A stretch of DNA of 64,000 nucleotides from Blasia pusilla (lineage: Eukaryota). The stretch spans positions 48,236,001 through 48,300,000 of the forward strand of contig CM114271.1 in NCBI GenBank assembly GCA_050084515.1, written 5' to 3'. This document shows positions 1-11,713 of the stretch, one piece after another (position 1 is the stretch's first letter; every line of letters starts with the position of its first letter). A model generated the notes under the pieces. It had not been told where the DNA came from. It searched no databases and was given only the letters and a program-made list of their open reading frames with translations. A program made the translations under genes and the position numbers.

Positions 1-39
1 CAACAGGGAAGCCTAGTACCTTGCCTATTAACCCAACAT

Positions 40-730
40 AAGCAAAGCGTGCAACCTGTCGGCTTCGGACATATTGCACGCTTCTGCCTCACCTTGTAAC
101 GCTAACATGAAGGAAGCGTGCAACCCGTCGATCTTCGACGAGTTGCGCGGGTGCCGCACCTTCTTGCCCGAAGACGGTGGAGGCGTGCAACCCGTCGGTC
201 TCATACGGGTTGCGCAATTGCCTCACCTTGTGTTACTTACATTAAGGAAGCGTGCAACCTGTCTCTTTCCGACGAGTGGCACGGGCCGCACCTTCTTGCC
301 CAAAGACGGCGGAGGCGCGCAACACGTCGGCCTCAGACGCGTTGCGCAAGTGCCTCGCCTTGTAACGCTTACATGAAGGAATCATGCAACCTGTCGGCCT
401 CCAACAAGTAGCGTGGGAAGCCCACCTTGTTATCCCAAGACGAGGGAAGTGTGCAACCCACCGGAATCCGACGGGTTGCGCGGGTACCTCGCGTTCTTGT
501 TCGAAGGCGGGAAACCTGTCGGTCTCCGACGGGTTGCATGGGAACCTCGTGTTCTTGTCCAAAGACGACAGAGGCGCACAACCTGTCGGTCTCCAACGGG
601 TTGCGCGGGTATCTCGTGTTCTTGTCCGAAGATGACGGAGGCGCGCAACCTGTCGGTCTCCGATGGTTTGCCACGAGGACCGATGCCTTGAACCCTCGGG
701 AAGCGTCCAACCTGTCGAAGCGTTCGGGTT
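40..730. repeat. Tandem array of about 60-65-bp units, each containing the palindrome GCAACCCGTCGG-N3-CCGACGGGTTGC
   Basis: About ten degenerate copies are visible and the spacers resemble each other. The homologous array is at about 22960-23590. Confidence 0.9.
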
Positions 731-827
731 GGTTTTTTTTCACTCAAATTGTCCAGACTTCCATAACGGCCGGCACGTTGCCGTCGGAAGGACGATGCGT
801 CCCAACGATCAGCCCAATGACTCAAAA

Positions 828-840
828 AGTATAAATAGGG
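828..840 (+). promoter_or_regulatory. Putative TATA box of the cargo gene
   Basis: AGTATAAATAGGG lies about 330 bp upstream of ATG 1159 and is conserved in copy 2 (CCCTATTTATACT, 22862-22874). Confidence 0.5.
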
Positions 841-1158
841 GAAGGCTCGCTCATTTCCGGTTTTTTTTCGCGGTCTCAATTGCTCTTCCGCGTAGCAGTT
901 GACCAGATACCAAGGGGTGATTTACACGGCGACTCATCGCGAGACGATTCGAGTGAACGATCGCGAGACGATTCAAGCGAACGATCGCGAGACGATTCGA
1001 GCTACTCATCAAGGCGACTCACCGCGACATTAGCAAGCTGACTCATCGAGGCTACTCATCGCGATATGAGCAAGGCGACTCATAAAGGCGATTCCTCGAG
1101 CTGATTCATTGTGCACACATAGCAATTTCCTTGTCCATAGGAGGCATTTTCGGAAACA

Positions 1159-4100
1159 ATGACGAGGAAAAAATCTCAAGCAAACAAGGCTGGGAGCTTC
1201 ACTCCCAAGTCCATGAGGACTTCTGCTTCACCATCTCCAGGGCCTCGTTTGGCCAATGAGATAAGGTAGCAAGAAATCGAGGAGCGGGAAAGGGAAGCAG
1301 AGATGCACAAGCAGGAGCTTCTTGCAAAACGTGTACATGAGGCGCTCAAAAAATAGAACGCAGAGGCTGAGGCGTCGCAGGCATTGAAGAAAAGGTTCGG
1401 AGACGAAAAGTGAGAAAAGAAGCGTCTGGATGCGTCGGTAAGGAGAGCAGAATTGGAAAAAGCTCGAAGGGAAAAAGAAATTGCCATTAAAGAAAGCCCT
1501 GCCCGTCCAACCGAAAAATTTGAGATGCAGGAAATGTCCCCGATGAAGTCCGGGGACACAATCAATGTAGCGGAAACGGCCAAAGTTCAAGTGACGAACG
1601 ATGAGGTCACGAGAACCGCCAGCGTGGAGATGGTGGACATCGCTGAAGAAGCAGGAGAGCGGTCATCCTCGTCCCTAAGCCCGGCGGAAGAAATCGACCT
1701 CTATCGGATCCACGAGTTTCCAGTGGACTTGCCAGCTGCTGTCCTAGAGCAGTTGGCTGGCCTAGACACCGACCCAATCTTCGAGCGGGTAAGAGAGGAT
1801 TTGTATTCATTGAATTATGTGAAGGCCCATGTTGCGATTCATTGGAAATTCAGTGTAGCTTGTTGACCTTGTCCCCGCTGTGACAGGTGGTAAAGCAAAT
1901 GGCACTGATGGAGGGCCAGTACGTCCACAAAATTCAGTCTGATGCGGATATTGCGAAGCTGAAACAATCGGCAACGACAGCATCCTACGTCGACAGCTTC
2001 CCTCCGTTCTATGTTCAGCCTCGACTGATCACTGGTTTAGGATGATTTTGGCCGAAAGAAACTCGTTGAACTCTGACGAGTTGCTCGACTGATCACTCGT
2101 TTAGGATGTTTTTGGCCGAAAGCAACTCGTTGGAGTCCGACGAGTTGCTCGACTGATCACTCGTTTAGGATGTTTTTGGCCGAAAGCAACTCGTCGGAGT
2201 CCGACGAGTTGCTCGACTCACCGCTGTTTTTGGATGTTTTTTGAAGAAAGCAACTCGTCGGAGTCCGACAAGTTGCATTCGGAAGTAGCGGAGCTATATT
2301 TTTGTGGTCAAATTGCACCTTAATTGAAATTGCGCAACCTGTTGGACTCCGACGGGTTGATATGTTCACTTTTTTCGTGGAAACCACTATGTAAATACGG
2401 AATATCTGATAACCCGTCGGCGTTCGACGAGTTGAAACCAGACAATCACAACTCTGAATGCAATCCGTCGGACTTTGATGGGTAGCAAAATTTAGCTCGT
2501 TGCTTCCATTCCGACCATGAGCTGTGACGACCTGTCGGAGTCCGACAGGTTGCAAGAACCCATGTACCTTGCAAAATTTCTAATATTGAGTTCGGATGTG
2601 CAGGATTGTATCAGAGAGGAATGTCACCCACCACTAGATCCATGATTGCGATCGGGTGAAGAAAGTGCTAACGACGCACCCGGAAGAGTACAAGGGGTTC
2701 TTGGGCGACGCCCTTGTAAATGAGATGTTGGCAAAGGGTGCTCAAATAAAAAAAAAGACTTGGGCAAATAAGTTTATTTCCCAAGATGCAGCCGTGACAA
2801 TCCTTTGTTGGTCGAAGATACAAGCCGCCAAGAAGAGCGTTGCATTGGAGCTGGAGCGGAGCGAGAAAGTGTTTGTGTCTAAGCGTGCAAAGTTCATCCA
2901 TGCTGCAGTATCTGCAGCTACGAAGTACACGGCAAGCAAGATGCAACGCTACATCACCATTCTCAACCCACAGCTTGGCCCCTATTTTTACAAGGAGCTG
3001 AAGGCGATCATCAAGCGCCAGCGGAAGAGGAATGAAGATCCGCACGGTTGGATTGGGGAGAAAGTGTCTCTCGATCGCGTGCATCGATTTGCCTTGTCTG
3101 GAATTAGCGAATTTAGGAGAATCCGACTGATGAAAATCAATCTCGAGGGCACAGAGGCCCAAAAGAGGGCGGCACACTATCCTTCGGGTGTCTCTGATCC
3201 AATGATCTCCCATTGGCTCTGTGAATGGTCATTCTGGGATGTGTTGCGGCTTCTCGGGAAGTCCATGCTCGTGGGTCTCCAAGCGGAACTGAAAAAAATA
3301 GAGCCAGTTCCAGAGGAAGAAAACCTGGAGAGTGCTGAAGATTTTGAACTTTGGCTTGATGACATGCGGGACAAACCCATAAAAAACGCTGGTTTCAGGA
3401 CGATGTTCAAGGATCGCATCCTCCCTCAGGCAGACCTTGACGAAGAAATAGAGGCGAAAAAAGGGATTTCGCAAAGAAGAAGCAATATCTTCAGGAGCAG
3501 GCGGCCGATGCATCTCCACTAAGAGCTGCCCAACGCATGGTGTTCAGGTACCTCGTCCATTGTAAGAATGCAAGTACATGGCGAAAAATATCGGCAGCCT
3601 GCAAATTGTGGGCTTCTCCGCGTGATGGAGAGACATTTTCCATGTACGACATGGAGATGGCTCAAAGCATGTCCGATTGGGAGGTGGAGAATTGCCCGAT
3701 TTTGGCTGGACTTCAACGACCCTGAGGACATAACTGAGAAAGATCTACGCGTGCTCTATGATGCACTGGCCGCAAGTAGGGACGACATCCCCAATTTTGT
3801 GCAGCCTGAAGACTTTTTCGAAGGAGATGTGGAGGAGCAAGCCCTCGAGACAGCGGAGTTGGTGTCCAAGGTCGTCACCGTCAAGGACAAATCTATAGCG
3901 GGTCTCAAAGCCAAGGCAAGGGGATCGAAGAATTCTGAGGCTGAGTCTTCCCAAAGAGAGGCTGAAGATTCAAGGCGAGAGCCGAAATCGTCTGGGCGAG
4001 CGGGGAGAGAGGGTCGGACCAGGTCCCCCGCAAAGAAAGAGTCTGAGGTCATAGAGACCCCAACAAGCCGACCGTAGACTCAGGAGAAGCGGAAGCAAGA

Positions 4101-5614
4101 GGCGCCAGGGTTGTCCCAGGAAGCAGACCAGGATGTGGAATACACTCCATCATCCTTGGGAAGACATAGAGAAACAATGACCGGGACAAGCGTCATCCTT
4201 CACTGCAAAATCTTGTGGATGAGCTGAAAAGTTTCAGTTCCCAAGCATCGACACCCGCCATCGAGAAATTGACAACGTTGGGAAGAAAGCTTCAACGACG
4301 GTCCATGGGGAGGTCGAAGAGGTGGCGGTGGATCTCCTCGTCGCTGATTTGCCCTCGGGGTTGCGCTTGTGGGATGAGAATCCGTCCGACGGGGTCTCGG
4401 ACTGGAATGTCCCTCTTTCTTATGACCAGATCGCGCTCCTATTTTCCTTTGCAGACGCTTATCTTAGTGACAGGGGTTGTTTCTTAGTTTTGACTGGAGG
4501 AAGCAAGGATGAGCTCTTCAACCTCCAGTGCGTCAAGAGGTCGCTGAAGTGGAGGACGGCGGAATCGTGGGTCATCAAGAACGAGTACCCACTTCGATCC
4601 GCGATGAGTCAAATTCGGGTAAGGGCTCTTAATTTGTATCCAAATTGTCTTTCTCCGACGGGTTGCATCTCTGCATGCAACCCGTCGGATTTTTTGAGAT
4701 GGGTCTTTTTGCAATCCGTCTGAAAGCGACGGATTGCAAAAAGACCCATTGGGTGAATGCAACCCGTCGGAACCCGACGGGTTGCAAGTGCTACTGCTTT
4801 TGCAATTTTCTGGAATGATGCAACCCGTCTGAAAGCGACGGGTTGCAAGTGCTAAGGCTTTTGCAATTTTCTGGAATGATGCAACCCATCTGAAAGCGAC
4901 GGGTTGCTCATGGACAAAAAAATCACAAGACACTTGTTAAACAACCCGTCAGACTGTGACAGGTTGCTCCAATGTTAGGATCATAAAGAAGTTCTCTGGG
5001 GTTAAGCGAAGTTCTTTGGGGACGTGTTGCACATTATGTCACCATACTGAGAGTAGACCAAAGTGGTTGTTCTTGACATTGTTTCCAACGTGCTTCTTTA
5101 CAGATGGACCACTCCTATGTTTACTGCTTTGTTCGGCCCGAGCACAACTTCCAGGTGTTTAAGATCCTAGATCCTGTGGATCCATGCTCCGATGGATATA
5201 GCTTACATAGTTTATACAATCCCCCTGGGAATTTTCATGCAAGACGGTACCCCATTACTTGGAGGAAGGGAAAAGTCGCCAGCCCTGATGCAAACGCTCA
5301 TCGAGCTCTGCTCAAGGCCGGATGGGTTGGTGTTCGACTTAGTGGGCCTTTCAGGGGCGAGTATGAGAGGCGCCTGGCAGAGCGGTAGGAACATTCTCTG
5401 CCTTGAGGGAAGGCAACAACTCTTTGACCTTTGCAAGGAGGCAAAGGCACATTACGACAGGCTAGTTGGGGCGTACAACTCTACTCCAAAGCCGAGAGCT
5501 CTCGTTCCAGACCCACCATTGGTAGTGACACCATCGTCACTTCCCACGATTTCGAAAATCCGGAGGGCAAGGCCGACAATAATCTTGGAAGAGCTCTCAG
5601 ACGATGACGAGTGA
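1159..5614 (+). pseudogene. Spliced cargo gene, copy 1: coiled coil, truncated ParB-like domain, helical region, and beta-class N6A/N4C DNA methyltransferase-like domain
   Basis: Predicted exons about 1159-1788, 1887-2021 (truncated), 2604-4618 and 5104-5614, with GT..AG borders (GTAAGA 1789, GTAAGG 4619, CAG at 1886, 2603, 5103). Motifs VAVDLLVADLPSG (about 4322-4360) and EKSPALMQTLIELCSRPDGLVFDLVGLSGASMRGAWQSGRNILCLE (about 5270-5407). Disrupted by CAG>TAG and CGA>TGA stops and frameshifts. Confidence 0.75.
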
Positions 5615-5692
5615 GTTCAAAGAACTCAAGGACCCAGCTTGACTACAGCGTTTGGAGTAGGGATTTATTTGATGATAAGGCAAAAGATTTCA

Positions 5693-6790
5693 TAGAATAG
5701 ATCAAATGTACAGTTCCGAGCTTCTTTCGGATGTAATAAAGGACAAGATTTTTTTGAACGATGATGGTGTTTGTAAAAGTTTGTTGAATATCTTTTTTGG
5801 TCTTGTCGAATGTGATCGTCTATGTACTCTGAGGACTTCTATTTTGCAACCCGCCGGATTTCCACGGCTTGCAACTTTTCACTTTTTGACCACCGCACCT
5901 TTTTAACCACTTCCAAGCAACCTGTCGGATTCCGACAAATTGGCTGCGTGAGTGATCGGACTCTTTAGAGGCATTCTAGCGGGCTTCTTCACTTTGGCAC
6001 CTTCCCCTAGTATCATCAAACAAGGCGTAGGCTTCTTCTCTTCTCTAAGACATGTTGGATTCCTCCGACCTGTTGGATTGCCATCATGGTATTTCCAAGG
6101 ACGGAGCACATATTGATACTGGATGGGTGTCACATTGCAGAGCGTACAAGATATACTGCCGAGGAAGGCAGTGGGACTCAAATCAGGTTACATGGGACCA
6201 TTATGGTGTACCTAGGGGGGGCCAAGGCTCTCGAATTCGCCAACATTTTCGATCCCCGTCTACAATCGGCCAGAGGAGCCACCAGGACATTTCTTTTGTA
6301 CAGGAACCTAGGAGAGTTAGGAGTAGATTTGTAGATGACGAGGCTGAAGAAATCATAGACTAGATCAAATGTACATTTCCGAGATTCCTTCGGATGTAAT
6401 AAAGGACGAGATTTTTTCAACCGATAATGGTGTTTGGAAAAGTTTGCTGAATATTTTTTTTGGACTTGTGGATTGTGTTCTTCTAGCTACTCATAATTAC
6501 AATTTTGCAACCCGTACGATTCCGACGGGTTGCAAATTTTCACTTTTTGACCACTGCAACTGTTAAACCATTTCCAGGCAAGCTGTCGGATTCCGACAGG
6601 TTGGCTGCTTGAGTGATCGGACTCTTTCCCTGTGAGACCAACTTCTGACGCATTGTGGCCGGCTTCTTCACTTTTGGCTCATTCCCCTAGATTCGTCAAA
6701 CCAATTGTAGGCTTCTTTTCTTGTCTAAGATGTGCAGGATTCCTACTACCTGTCGGATTGCCATTTCCTCCTCCCAACCTGTTGGATTTT
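5693..6790 (+). repeat. Direct duplication (about 660-bp period) of the 3' region of the cargo gene
   Basis: TAGATCAAATGTACA...GGATGTAATAAAGGAC...GGTGTTTG occurs at about 5698 and 6361. The same duplication is in copy 2 (about 17340-17470 and 16650-16780). Confidence 0.85.
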
Positions 6791-9129
6791 TGTGGGTGCA
6801 GGATGGAATGGAATCACTTCTCAAAATCTTTCCTTTGTTATGGTGCAAGCCATCTGATTCAGACGGGTTGCAAGAGTTGCAACCTGTAAAATTCGGACGG
6901 ATTGGGAGGGGTGCAGCTTCTCGGTTTCTTAGATTTAGGATCTGAATGAAGGGACATCAGTTCCTCTTTACTCTAGACAGCTAACAACCTTTTGGTTCAA
7001 TTATCGTCTCCTGTGTTCACATTTCACAAAGTTGGTCTTTATTTGATCCTTTCATTGAGATGAGATTGCTACTTCTGGTCAAATTATTTGCCAATGGTCC
7101 TCCAACAAAAATACCCCTGGGCACAGCTTATTGTAGACTGAGACAGAAAATGTGAAGAAACTTAGGCTCACGTGGAGAGTAATGTAGTGGTCTTATGATG
7201 TCTACTTGTTTTTCGCCCCCTTGAAAAAGGAGGTTTCTTTAGGCTCGAATGTGGACCACTACCTACTCTCTTCTATTTGCTTTCATGAATTTGAAAGCAA
7301 ACAAAAATTTCAAATATGTCAAAAATTTTTGAAGAGAGGAGGCGGATTTGGCCCCTTTTTTTTAAGAGAGACTCTCCTCTCTTCCTCTCTTCCTCTCCTC
7401 TCTTCCTCTCTCCTACCAGAATACCAACCCCCAGTATGTTCCATCAATATGATTTTTGGTTTTATACTTCATTTCTGTTGTAGGTTCAATTCCTGGAGGA
7501 TAAGTAGGCTCTCTTGTAGGTACATTGATCTCATACTTAAAGGATCATATGTTGATTTACCTTTGGTTCTGCACTTCTATTTTCTGATTGATTGTATGCA
7601 ACTCTAGTTGGAATTGATCCTAGTATGTGCCTTGTGTTCTATCTACTCATCAGAATAGTATGTGGTAGAGTTTTGCTATTACGGAGGGGTCATGGGTCAA
7701 ATGGAAATCGTTGACACTAATGGTGAGGGAGGTCTTAGCTCTAACAATGGGTCTGATGATGGTTGTCCAAGTAGTAATTCCACATGATCCTTGATATACA
7801 AAGAAGTTTGCGAGGTATTGTGCACAATGGTGAGGGATTGTATGCGCCAGTTGGTGGAAGAGTTGCGGTATTACTCTTGCCTTTACTGATTTTCGCTTTA
7901 GATTCTTGATCCCAAATGCTGATTACTGAGTGTGGAATGATAATGACATGTAAATGTTTTACCTTTTTCTCATTTTCATATAATAAACCATCTAATTTTT
8001 AATAGATAAGTGATTGTAGTATTCCGTATCCTATGCTAGGATTTGTAGGTGACTAGCATAACTTAACTTCTAGAATTGGAGGACTTCTTTTTTGGAGGCG
8101 TATCTTGATACTACTAAAAAAAAAGGACTCGCAAGGATTCTGAAGGTCACTCGTACATTCTTCCAAAGATTCATCATACCAGAGCTCGTGTGAGGAATCA
8201 GAGTGTCCAAATGGAGGAGAATATCATAGATGGAGAAAGTCTGAGTGGCCATGGAGTCAACTCTTCAGATCCAAAGTTCGATGTGGAGATGGAACCAATA
8301 TTTTCTCTTAGTGATCATGAGCTTCAGATGGGAAAATCGTAATGTAAGGGAGTGGGGAAAGGAAAGTCTCCTTCCAAAAGGAAATCTCCTGGGAAAGGAG
8401 AGTGCTCATCTCTTGGAAACAAGCGTGGAAAGGTTCATAAGTGCTCCAAGAATAGTCGACCTTCCGTGAGATTTTGTTTTTGTACTCTTTTGTTTTTATG
8501 TTACAATATTACTTGAATGATAGACTTGTTGAAGAAATCCACCAAAGAAGTTACACCTAATCTTATCATGTTGATCTATATTCTTGTAGGTACCCATTCC
8601 TCAACATCATAGTATGTCTCAATGGCCTGGGTAAAGGCTTCATCCAAGCTTTACCATGCCATCACAATGGCCCCTCCACCAAGGTAAAATTACATGTCCC
8701 GCATGTCCATTTACACTCTGGTTTTTGGAATCATAATCAACTTTGGCATGGCCTTACTAATATCTGCCATTTAATTTTGTCCATGGACAAGTAGTTCTCA
8801 ACCACCATCGGGATTGGCTCCTCGTGGCACATACTATCGTCCCAATGGACCTTTCTATAGATCCCTCCCGACCAATATACATCTTGTACCTGATTGGCAT
8901 GGCCAGACTCTTGTAGAGACCACAACCATTGAAGGAGAATCAGATGGTCATAATGTTGTTGATGAAGATGCCTACCCATTGCGTGAGTAAATCTGCTTGT
9001 GCATGTAATATTGCAAGAATGGATTAGTTGAGGTTCAATTTTATCAGGTCCAACTTTGGAATTTAGGCCCCTAGCATAACTTCCTCCATTCATGATGAAT
9101 TAATATGGAATGCTTGTCTCTACTGGGTG

Positions 9130-10925
9130 GCGAATTTACAGCAAGTTCAAAGGCAAGACAATAGAGGGTTGAACTTAAGTCATGGAAGGCAAGTACCAAG
9201 CAGCGTGCTTCTCAAGGGAAGAAACCAATAGATGATAAATATGGATGATAAAATATGGGACTCCTTGAAAGTATATTGGCTATTAGAGGCTGGCCAGAAA
9301 AGGTCAGAGAGAATGAAGATGAATAGATCCAAGGTGCATTATATCTAGAGAATATTAATCAAACCGGGAGAGTTGGATACAAAGGGAAAGTAAATCAATT
9401 GGTAAGCCCCACAAAAATGCATGTTGGAATTTATATCATTATGCTATCTAGCTAAGTCTTGCTTGAATTTTTCTTTTTTGTATTTGTTCTCCTTATCATT
9501 TTGAGGTGTCAAAAGAGTCATATGTTCACTCTTTTTGAACTATTATTTCTTGAAGTATATGCATGGCCAACACTATACGTATTGATATTACTTGGAATTT
9601 CTTTATGCACAATTGTTTATTGTATGAGATCTTCTAAACTACCATATTTCAGATTTCTTTGAATTATGAGATGTTGAATAGAAAGTATTTCTTGAGTTAT
9701 TGGTTGTGGATTATTGTCTTATTTTTTTGTACTTCTCTCGTGCTTCTAGACAACTAGCGCATCGTCCACTTTGACAACAAGAGTTGAGTCAATGGAGAAG
9801 GAAAATCAATCGACCAAGGAAGAACTTGCTTCAATCATATCATTGTTGACTTCCATTGAGAGAATCTTGGCTGAGTTGACATCACTGTGAGGAAGGAAGA
9901 TCAGAATAATCCATCCCGTGATAAATTGGTTGTTCCAAAGTTGAAGGTACTTTCAATTGAGGGTCTAGAACCAAAACCTACATCTAAAGTCTCTCATGGG
10001 GTATCTAACTCTCACCCTATGTCAACTCCCAAAACTCTGGTTACCTCTCTACCAAGTAGCTTAGATCTTCTTGATCCCTTATCTACTCATGTTGTTGACA
10101 GTATTGATGCTAGCACTAGAGAGAAAGTACTTACATTGGAGGTTGATAGCAAATCAAAGTCAAAACCTAGTGGGGAGAAAACCAATACTTTTAGAGAAAT
10201 TTCCCACTTCTTTAGAAGTGATTTCAAATACAAAAGATTTGGTAATGAGAGAAAATGTTGGCAGTGGAACCCTTAAACTTCCACCCATGAAGAAGATTCA
10301 CAAAAATCCAAGCCTCATACAACAAAAGAAGACAAATATTGTAATTCCTATGGATTTTGACCTTTGCTATTTAAGAGCTATTAGATTTCAATTTATGACT
10401 GTTGAATTTTTTGTGCGTTCTTGCTGGTAGACAGTAGCTCATGTACCATTGATTATAAGCATCTACTTTTGCATTGTAGAAATCGTCAAGAAATTTCACT
10501 TTAAAATCCAATATTCCTCCTAGTGGATGGAGTTTTACCAAGGTACAAGCTTGTATAATATTACTTCGGTTTGTGATGTATTATATTGTGTTTTTTGGGA
10601 AGAGTTGTATGGATATTAATTATGATTTGTATTCCTTGTCTTTGATTGCATGTGTAGTTGGCAAAGGGAGATCATGTCTTCTTGAAATAGGTCACAACAT
10701 CTAGGGAGCATGTGGGGTCAAGTATCATCTCCGGTCTGGCAGGGCGTGACAAATATCATGGTGCACACATACCACTTGGTTATGTGAAGGTGGACCTTTT
10801 AGTAGTTTTAGACGAAACTATTCCTTTGCCTATTCCCAACCATGTTGATGATCCTCCATATTTGCTCCTTGGAGATGCCAAAGGGAGCAGCATTTTATGG
10901 TTTGAGTGCTTGGTGAACATGATTG
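9130..10925 (+). pseudogene. CACTA/En-Spm TnpA-like gene remnant
   Basis: KIWDSLKVYW...KRSERMKMNRSK (about 9250-9335) resembles Ptta/En/Spm transposase-associated proteins. HGAHIPLGYVKVDL...PLPIPN...LLGDAKGSSILW (about 10757-10900) resembles the Tnp1/En/Spm C-terminal domain. Many stops. Confidence 0.55.
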
Positions 10926-11439
10926 CACAAAAACGGACAAGTCCTTCCTTAAGACGGACATGGACGGACAAGTCCGGACATGGGTTCCAAGAGGTGGGAT
11001 CCACACTTATAGTCCATGATGGAAGGCAAGGCAAGGATGAGAGAAGCAATGAGGGAGGAGGGAGTGGAGATGGAGGGAGGAAGAAATAGGGGAGAATGGA
11101 ACAAGAAGGCAAGTAAGGGGAATAAGAAAGAAGGGAAAGGTGGGGCCCATATGGACAAGTCCTTCCATAGGACGGACATATATCCACGGATATGGACTTT
11201 GTCCACATGCAACCTTGTTCGTGAAGAAGGCCTAGCTAGCTAGCAAATAATAATCATTTTAGATTTTGCACTTGGATGAAAGTTATAAGTTCACGAAATT
11301 TAATAGAGTGTAAGAATTTTGTTTCACTTGCATTGTCAATTAACCCTTACTAGTTGGATGATGCATGATGCCATTATTTCATGCTCAGAAAATCTTGGTT
11401 TTTAATACTCTTATTTCAGTGGAACTAAAATTTGAAAAT

Positions 11440-11713
<274 letters not shown>

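Larger units (their letters stand above)
1..7432 (+). mobile_element. Partial copy 1 of the MULE-like transposon (cargo-gene half and one terminus; continues beyond the window start)
   Basis: Colinear with the reverse complement of about 15697-23600. It ends in a pyrimidine tract followed by TCCTACCAGAATACCAACCCCC (7432), the reverse complement of the copy 2 start GGGGGCTGGTATTCTGGCAGGA with two mismatches. Confidence 0.9.

Noticed and set aside
40-730. CRISPR-like appearance (palindromic repeats of about 27 bp with spacers of about 35 bp; also 22960-23590)
   Set aside because: The spacers are copies of one another, the repeats are degenerate, there are no cas genes, and the context is a eukaryotic TE.
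74-902. Many overlapping ORFs in the palindrome arrays (also 18055-18515, 22864-23683, 25861-26252)
   Set aside because: By-products of GC-rich symmetric repeats; the translations only echo the repeat.
1159-5614. Bacterial or phage contamination as the source of the ParB-MTase gene
   Set aside because: The gene has GT-AG introns and a TATA box, and its homolog in copy 2 sits inside a TSD-bounded element nested in plant retroelements.
10916-11220. Possible MITE with GGACAAGTCC repeats and weak inverted ends
   Set aside because: The inverted repeat is short and imperfect, and I found no TSD.
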